Of a stretch of 64,000 nucleotides of DNA, positions 58,414-64,000 are shown piece by piece. A program made the position numbers and the translations under genes. The stretch is from a virus. Position 1 is the stretch's first letter, and each line of letters starts with the position of its first letter. The notes beneath the pieces are model-generated. The model made no database searches. It saw only the letters and a list, made by a program, of their open reading frames with translations, and had not been told where the DNA came from. The stretch is from positions 1 through 64,000 of the IMG/VR virus record IMGVR_UViG_3300031551_000001; one strand, 5' to 3'.

Positions 58414-61400
58414 ATGATTTCAGGGATGTAATAAATTTTATTGAAGGTGGTCTTAATTATGATGACGACCTTATTGTTATACCTCCGGGACAAAGCAGAA
58501 ACATGAGAAATATTGTTTCTACTGATGACTCTAATTTTAATGTAAAAACAAACCTTAAAGGAAACACATTAAGAAGCACTGCTGTTGGGGGTGGTGCATT
58601 TACTTATCCTGCCGGAGTGTTAAAGGTTATAGGATTTGTAGAAGATAAGGAAGATAAGGCGGGAATATTTTTTGTTTATTCAAGCACAGGCAAACATAGT
58701 ATTATCAAATATTATTCAGATGTTAACCAACTTGAGTATATTGTCAATGGCGCCACTTATGGTTCCTTATTGAATTTTGCTTCCGATTCTTTTATAGATG
58801 CTGTAATAATAGGTAATGAAGATGATAAACAACTTGTTTGGGTTGATGGGAATAATAACGAACCAAGGTCTTGTCTTATTGATAGTGATATTTATGTTTC
58901 TTCAGATGTTTTAAGTTATTACAGAAAACCTCTTCTTTCAGAGGTAAACGTTATATATATTGATACAAATCTTAATAAGAACAACCTTAAAGGAAAGCTT
59001 TTCCAATTTGCTATAAGAAAAAAATTTCTGATAGACAATTCATTTTCTGTATTAAGTCCTTATACTAAAATTCCTATTCCTCAGAATGATGAGAATCCAA
59101 GCGGAAGATTTACTACAATAGCTAAAAATAATGTTATAGCCGTATCTTTCGTTGATCCGGGGGAGTTAAATGTAGAATATGAATTATGTTACAGAATTAT
59201 TGATATAGGTTTGGGGGCTCCGAGTGATTGGTATATTTCAGGTGTTAAAATGCAGCATAGTGGTATTAATGCTTATTTTAATTTTACAAATGATGAGACA
59301 GGAGTTTTACTAGAAAGTACTGAGTCGGACAGGGTTTATGATTATGTGCCGGATTATGCAAATCATGTAGCAACCATAGATTCTAATCAGGTTGTATTTG
59401 GGGGAGTTACTGAGGGATATGACAACATGGACCTAGATGATGTAGATGTTACTTTAACGGGTAGTGTGGTTACATTGACAACATCTATAGTCACAACCAT
59501 AACAAAGAGCACTACAATAGCCCACAGTGCACCCCGTGAAAGATTTTATGTAACCAAAGATACAGATGATGATTATTATTATTTGGTTGTTGTAAGTGGC
59601 GGGGCACAGGGTGTTTTCAGTTATGCAAACACCGAAGGGGTAACGGATGATGATGTGAGATATTATCTCATTGCTCAAATAGGTAATCTAGCAAATGTAA
59701 GCACCATGGGTTCTGCTGATGATTATATAGACGTGACAAATACAACGGGTTCTGATTTATTGGTTAGTTTATTTGTAATTAAGGCAGGAGTAAAACAGCC
59801 ATCCTTTAAATTAGGCTCTAAACAATTTTTCGGAATCCAATATTTAAGAAATGGGAAACCATTTTATGTAACGGGGAACACAGATTATGACTCAACAAAC
59901 AATCCATTCGTATTTGACGTTCCAGAGGGAACAGGTGTTGGTTATTCCAATAGATTCAACAATTTTTACTATAGAATTAAATGGGAAATTAATCATAGTC
60001 CACCTGAATTAGCTACTCATTGGCAATGGGTATATCTTGGAAATAATATTGATTATCATGAAGTTTATCTGGTAAGTAAGGAAGATGATGTAACTCATGA
60101 GGGAGATTTCACTCTTTTATCTAAAAGCATGATTTCTAATTTTAAATTAGCTTATGGAGATGATATAAATTATGGATTTGATATACAAAAGGGAGATAGA
60201 ATAAGATTTTCTGGTTTTTTTGCTAATGGTGATTATGTACATATCCCGCAAGTAGAAATGTTTCAGGACAGCGTATTTGATTACGAGGTATTGGCCGTTG
60301 ATGACGATTATATCAAAATTCAGAATATAGAAAGAGAATCATTTTTTGATTCAAATGATTTCTTTTATGTACAGGCTTACAGATTTAAGGGAATAAGCGA
60401 AACAGCAGGAATTTATCAGGCAATTTCACCGGTATATGAAATTTATACTTCTGGGGTAAACCGGTATCACAGAGGAGATGATAATGATCAAACAGCGATT
60501 CATGCGGCGGATGGATATTTTAATTCTTATTTTGGAAATTGTTTTAAACAATATACGGTATTTGTAAATGAAAGTAATGCTGATGAATATACCTCGCTTA
60601 AATCAGCGTTTGGGTGGATGGAAAATCACAATGCATCTCTTTTATATGACTCCAATATTCAGTCTTTCGGGAAGACCAATATATTGAATGAATTTGCGGA
60701 AAGAAGAACGTGGAATAAAATAAGGTGGGGAGGCATGTATCTTGATGAATCTGGCATAAATTATATGAGAAGTTTTGGTTATATAGACGAAAAACCTCTA
60801 GATGATCGAAACGGTCAGATTACAAAACTTGAACAACTGGGAGATACATTGAAAGCATATCAGGAAAGAAAAACAACATCTTTTTATCTGAAAGCAAAAT
60901 CATCTGTTAATCCTGATGGTTCATTAACTTATGTATTTAGTAACGATGTAATGTCTGACGGAAGACAAAGCATAACTGATTATGGCTGTACTCATTTTTC
61001 CAGCTATGTAAAGAATGTGAGAGGAGCATATTTTTTTGATATTATTAATGCAGTAGTAATAAAAGACACTCAGGGTGGGTTAGTCCCAATATCAGATATA
61101 AAAATGCATACTTATTTCAAGGATAAGGCAAGGGCAATTTTAGAATATGGTATATCTGATGTAGATATACTTGGCGGATGGGATGAAGATTTGGATATAT
61201 ATTTTATTACTTTCAGGGTTCCGGGGGACTCTCAGAGTTCCATTAATGAAACAATAGGATTTTTTGAGAGTAAAGACAGGTGGGAATGTTTTTGTGATTT
61301 TATACCCGAATATTATGGAAAGATTTCAGGTTTTACGGCACTTGCTTTTCATGAGGGCACATTATATACCCAGAACACAAATTCCACAAGAAATAATTTC

Positions 61401-61775
61401 TTCGGAGTACAATATGGTTCTATAATTGATGTAATAGCAAAAGGAAATCCGTCTGTGGTGAAAACATGGGAATCTATATCCATTATTTCAAGTGGGCAGT
61501 GGTCACCGTCTACTAATGGAGATATAGAAATCACAATTCCGTCTCTTATGCAATCAAGGTTGGTTGCTGGCAAGTTCAAGCAGCAGGAAGGAATATACAA
61601 ATCGGAGTTCCTGAGAAACGCTTTAGATGGAAATAGTAACTTTGTAAGAAATAGACTTCAGACGGGTCATGTTTTGAGGGGGAATGTAGTAAGGATTAGA
61701 TTACGCAATTCGGACACTTCTGAAGCTAATATAAGAATGGTAATAATTAACAGTAAAGTAAGCGATAATGGCTAA
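58410..61775 (+). CDS. tail stabilization (muzzle/nozzle) protein
   Basis: 1121 aa, beta-propeller-like; GGLNYDDD start, NNFFG.QY, FKQQEG, LRG end. Confidence 0.8.
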   Translation: MNDFRDVINFIEGGLNYDDDLIVIPPGQSRNMRNIVSTDDSNFNVKTNLKGNTLRSTAVGGGAFTYPAGVLKVIGFVEDKEDKAGIFFVYSSTGKHSIIKYYSDVNQLEYIVNGATYGSLLNFASDSFIDAVIIGNEDDKQLVWVDGNNNEPRSCLIDSDIYVSSDVLSYYRKPLLSEVNVIYIDTNLNKNNLKGKLFQFAIRKKFLIDNSFSVLSPYTKIPIPQNDENPSGRFTTIAKNNVIAVSFVDPGELNVEYELCYRIIDIGLGAPSDWYISGVKMQHSGINAYFNFTNDETGVLLESTESDRVYDYVPDYANHVATIDSNQVVFGGVTEGYDNMDLDDVDVTLTGSVVTLTTSIVTTITKSTTIAHSAPRERFYVTKDTDDDYYYLVVVSGGAQGVFSYANTEGVTDDDVRYYLIAQIGNLANVSTMGSADDYIDVTNTTGSDLLVSLFVIKAGVKQPSFKLGSKQFFGIQYLRNGKPFYVTGNTDYDSTNNPFVFDVPEGTGVGYSNRFNNFYYRIKWEINHSPPELATHWQWVYLGNNIDYHEVYLVSKEDDVTHEGDFTLLSKSMISNFKLAYGDDINYGFDIQKGDRIRFSGFFANGDYVHIPQVEMFQDSVFDYEVLAVDDDYIKIQNIERESFFDSNDFFYVQAYRFKGISETAGIYQAISPVYEIYTSGVNRYHRGDDNDQTAIHAADGYFNSYFGNCFKQYTVFVNESNADEYTSLKSAFGWMENHNASLLYDSNIQSFGKTNILNEFAERRTWNKIRWGGMYLDESGINYMRSFGYIDEKPLDDRNGQITKLEQLGDTLKAYQERKTTSFYLKAKSSVNPDGSLTYVFSNDVMSDGRQSITDYGCTHFSSYVKNVRGAYFFDIINAVVIKDTQGGLVPISDIKMHTYFKDKARAILEYGISDVDILGGWDEDLDIYFITFRVPGDSQSSINETIGFFESKDRWECFCDFIPEYYGKISGFTALAFHEGTLYTQNTNSTRNNFFGVQYGSIIDVIAKGNPSVVKTWESISIISSGQWSPSTNGDIEITIPSLMQSRLVAGKFKQQEGIYKSEFLRNALDGNSNFVRNRLQTGHVLRGNVVRIRLRNSDTSEANIRMVIINSKVSDNG

Positions 61776-62667
61776 AGAAAGAAGTGATACTGGCAGCATA
61801 GGAGGAGGTTTCAGGTCATTTCTGGGATCAATGCCGTGGTCGGCAATTATCCAGATGATTAATCAGGAGGGGGAAGCATCCAGGGGAAGAAGAGAAGCTT
61901 ATGATCCCTCTACAGGACAATTTTATGATAGTAATCGCGTAGAAACAGGGTATGGGCTTGGTGCTACATTCGCACCACATAAGGCTTTATCAGACCCAGA
62001 TGTAGCACCTATAGATAAATGGATGACAGGAATATTGGGATTAGGGGCACTTTCTTATTTTACCGGCGGAGGGAAAAGGTATCGTGAAAGAAAAGAGGCA
62101 AGACTGAAAGAACAGACAGAAAAAGCACATGAAATATTCAGAAACGCTCCTAAGTATGAAATACCGCAGGAAGCTCTGGATATTTTAGAAATGTCACAAG
62201 AAGGAGCACAAAAAGCTCGCGGATATACTGAGAAGGCTCTTGGTCTTGCAAGGGAAGCAACAGAAAGCGAAATGCCGGGCATGGGTATAATAAAAGAAGA
62301 CATTCTTTCCTCAGGAGCAAATGTGGCCAGTAATATTTCTAGGAGTGGAAATATTAATGATTTAACTGAAGTACACAGAGCAACTACAAGTTCTCTTCAG
62401 AAATTACACTCACAGAATGTAGCTTATAAAGACAGAGCGAGTAAAGATTTACAGAGCACAATGATGGGGGCAGCACAGAATGAGGTAGCTGCCGCGAATC
62501 TACAGATAAAGGGGTTGAGTAGCATGGTTGATCAAAAAGAGCAAGCTTTTCAAATCAATTACTTAGACCCCAGATATAACGAGTTGCAATATGATTTGAT
62601 ACAACTTGGTAATCAGATGGCGTTGTCCAATTCAAGTGGTGGTTTTTTAAGTGGAATGTTTAATTAA
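61768..62667 (+). CDS. putative ejected cargo/pilot protein
   Basis: Gly-rich hydrophobic segments, Ala/Gln-rich helices, follows the muzzle gene. Confidence 0.55.
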   Translation: MAKERSDTGSIGGGFRSFLGSMPWSAIIQMINQEGEASRGRREAYDPSTGQFYDSNRVETGYGLGATFAPHKALSDPDVAPIDKWMTGILGLGALSYFTGGGKRYRERKEARLKEQTEKAHEIFRNAPKYEIPQEALDILEMSQEGAQKARGYTEKALGLAREATESEMPGMGIIKEDILSSGANVASNISRSGNINDLTEVHRATTSSLQKLHSQNVAYKDRASKDLQSTMMGAAQNEVAAANLQIKGLSSMVDQKEQAFQINYLDPRYNELQYDLIQLGNQMALSNSSGGFLSGMFN

Positions 62668-62677
62668 ATAAAATGTT

Positions 62678-63346
62678 ATGAGAGCAAGTGCACCCGAAGG
62701 ATATGAGAGGAATCCTCTTTCTTATATGGTTCCTATTGAAAAGGAAAAAGAATCTAATAGAATGTTTGAATCAGGAGAAGGATTCCACTTTAAACTTTCT
62801 GATACGATTAATCCTTATAAGTACAGAATTCCACAGGAGGCTTTAGATATAATGAGTACTTATGAAGAATCAGCAGATTATCTCAGGGATACTTCTCAGG
62901 AAATGACTGATATAGCTAATTATAATAGAAATTTAGCAGAAGTTCGGGGAATGGGTGGATTGGGTGCGGATATATCTCAGGCAGAATCAAATGTGATGGG
63001 GAGGGCTGTTTCTGTTGGCGGTGCATCCACATCTTCTATGGGAATAGCAAGTGAGTTGAGAAGTCAAAGTATAAGTTCTATGAGAGATGCAGCCATACAA
63101 GCACAAGCATCAAGACAACAAAAAGAAGAAGAATATAAAAACACTGTATTAAGTCAAGGGGGGGCAGAAATAGCTGCTTCTGAAATGGAAATTAAAGGAA
63201 AACAAGAAATGTTAAGGCAGAGAGAACAGGAATTTCAGATTAATGTTCTTGATCCTTATTATTTTAAACAACAAAAGGAATTAATTGAATTAAGTAAACA
63301 ACCGGAAAGCGGGGGTCTTAGTTTTTTAAATCCTAAAAACTGGTAA
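62678..63346 (+). CDS. paralog of the upstream cargo protein
   Basis: Shares Y.IPQEALDI and EQ.FQIN.LDP.Y with 61768..62667. Confidence 0.65.
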   Translation: MRASAPEGYERNPLSYMVPIEKEKESNRMFESGEGFHFKLSDTINPYKYRIPQEALDIMSTYEESADYLRDTSQEMTDIANYNRNLAEVRGMGGLGADISQAESNVMGRAVSVGGASTSSMGIASELRSQSISSMRDAAIQAQASRQQKEEEYKNTVLSQGGAEIAASEMEIKGKQEMLRQREQEFQINVLDPYYFKQQKELIELSKQPESGGLSFLNPKNW

Positions 63347-63350
63347 TAAT

Positions 63351-64000
63351 ATGCCCGTACGAACACCAAAATTGGATTTTTCTTTTTTAGATCAACGAAG
63401 TTTGATCTATCAGGATCGCATTAACAGGAGTCGTCTGTTGGGTGATATAGCGCAGGGTGTTATAGGCGCTGTTCAGGAAGGAGCTAGGTATAAAAGAGCA
63501 CAAGAAATAAAAAGTCAAGCTGAGTTAGCAGAAGCAATGGCCTTTGATACTAATATTACCGGAGATCATATTATTGACACAAAACTCACTCAATGGTATA
63601 ACGATTATTTAAAAGAACCAGGAACAGCTCTCTTGTATGATAAAAAGGGGAAAATAACTGGTGTAGATAAAATTGCTTTAAAAACAAAACAAAAAGAGTT
63701 TATGCGAATAGCTAATTTCTGGAAGAATGAATTTTTAGCTGATGTAAATAATGCAAAAAAAACCTCTTTTTCTTCACAGAATCAGGGTTTATATGATTAT
63801 GATGGAGATGAAATACAAAGAGTTTATGATGATTTAATGAATGATAGATTGAATTTGGCTGATGGCCCGGCTTATTATAATAAAATTTATGCAGATAAAT
63901 ATGATACAGGACAGTATTTTGTCAGCATGAGGCCAATTGACCCTTCTGTGACAGTAGAAAAAATATTAGCTGAATTTCAGAAAGCAACAAAAAGACCTAT
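63351..64000 (+). CDS. partial ORF, putative cargo protein
   Basis: ATG at 63351 (MPVRTPKLDFSF...); appears open to the window edge. Confidence 0.55.
   Translation, partial: MPVRTPKLDFSFLDQRSLIYQDRINRSRLLGDIAQGVIGAVQEGARYKRAQEIKSQAELAEAMAFDTNITGDHIIDTKLTQWYNDYLKEPGTALLYDKKGKITGVDKIALKTKQKEFMRIANFWKNEFLADVNNAKKTSFSSQNQGLYDYDGDEIQRVYDDLMNDRLNLADGPAYYNKIYADKYDTGQYFVSMRPIDPSVTVEKILAEFQKATKRP

Noticed and set aside
42399-63346. Stop-codon reassignment, introns or inteins as in some Crassvirales
   Set aside because: Terminase, portal, capsid and muzzle genes are continuous and of expected size under the standard code

Overview
The window is a 64-kb piece of an AT-rich, podovirus-like dsDNA phage of Bacteroidota, Crassvirales-like by gene order. 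The host call rests on repeated TAnnTTTG promoters and Q-rule signal peptides. The standard genetic code gives intact long genes. Layout: (1) 1-10.6 kb, small leftward early/accessory ORFs; (2) 10.6-11.8 kb, a non-coding region with a dif-like XerCD site; (3) 11.8-18 kb, accessory genes, DNA methyltransferases and structured RNAs; (4) 18-28 kb, a glycosylation island; (5) 28-41 kb, nucleoid and replication functions (HU, DnaA-IV-like, DHH, exonuclease, resolvase, primase), plus an inserted methyltransferase and a TnpB-only IS200/IS605 element; (6) 41-64 kb, a rightward morphogenesis module (GroES-like, terminase, portal, capsid, tail rings, muzzle, cargo). The main unexplained signals are: (a) a 24-bp site, CTAACTACTTTAYATAAACAATTC, at the 3' end of six unrelated genes; in two cases it pairs with an upstream attC-like hairpin, which suggests integron-type cassettes captured at dispersed landing pads, with no integrase in the window; (b) virion-module proteins with Sec signal peptides and, in one case, very dense Bacteroidota O-glycosylation sequons, in the same genome as a phage glycosyltransferase island; (c) an RNA layer comprising a hammerhead ribozyme, 3'-UTR elements antisense to translation-initiation regions, a 208-nt tRNA-like RNA and two other structured RNAs. 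All product calls come from motif recognition by eye, not database searches.
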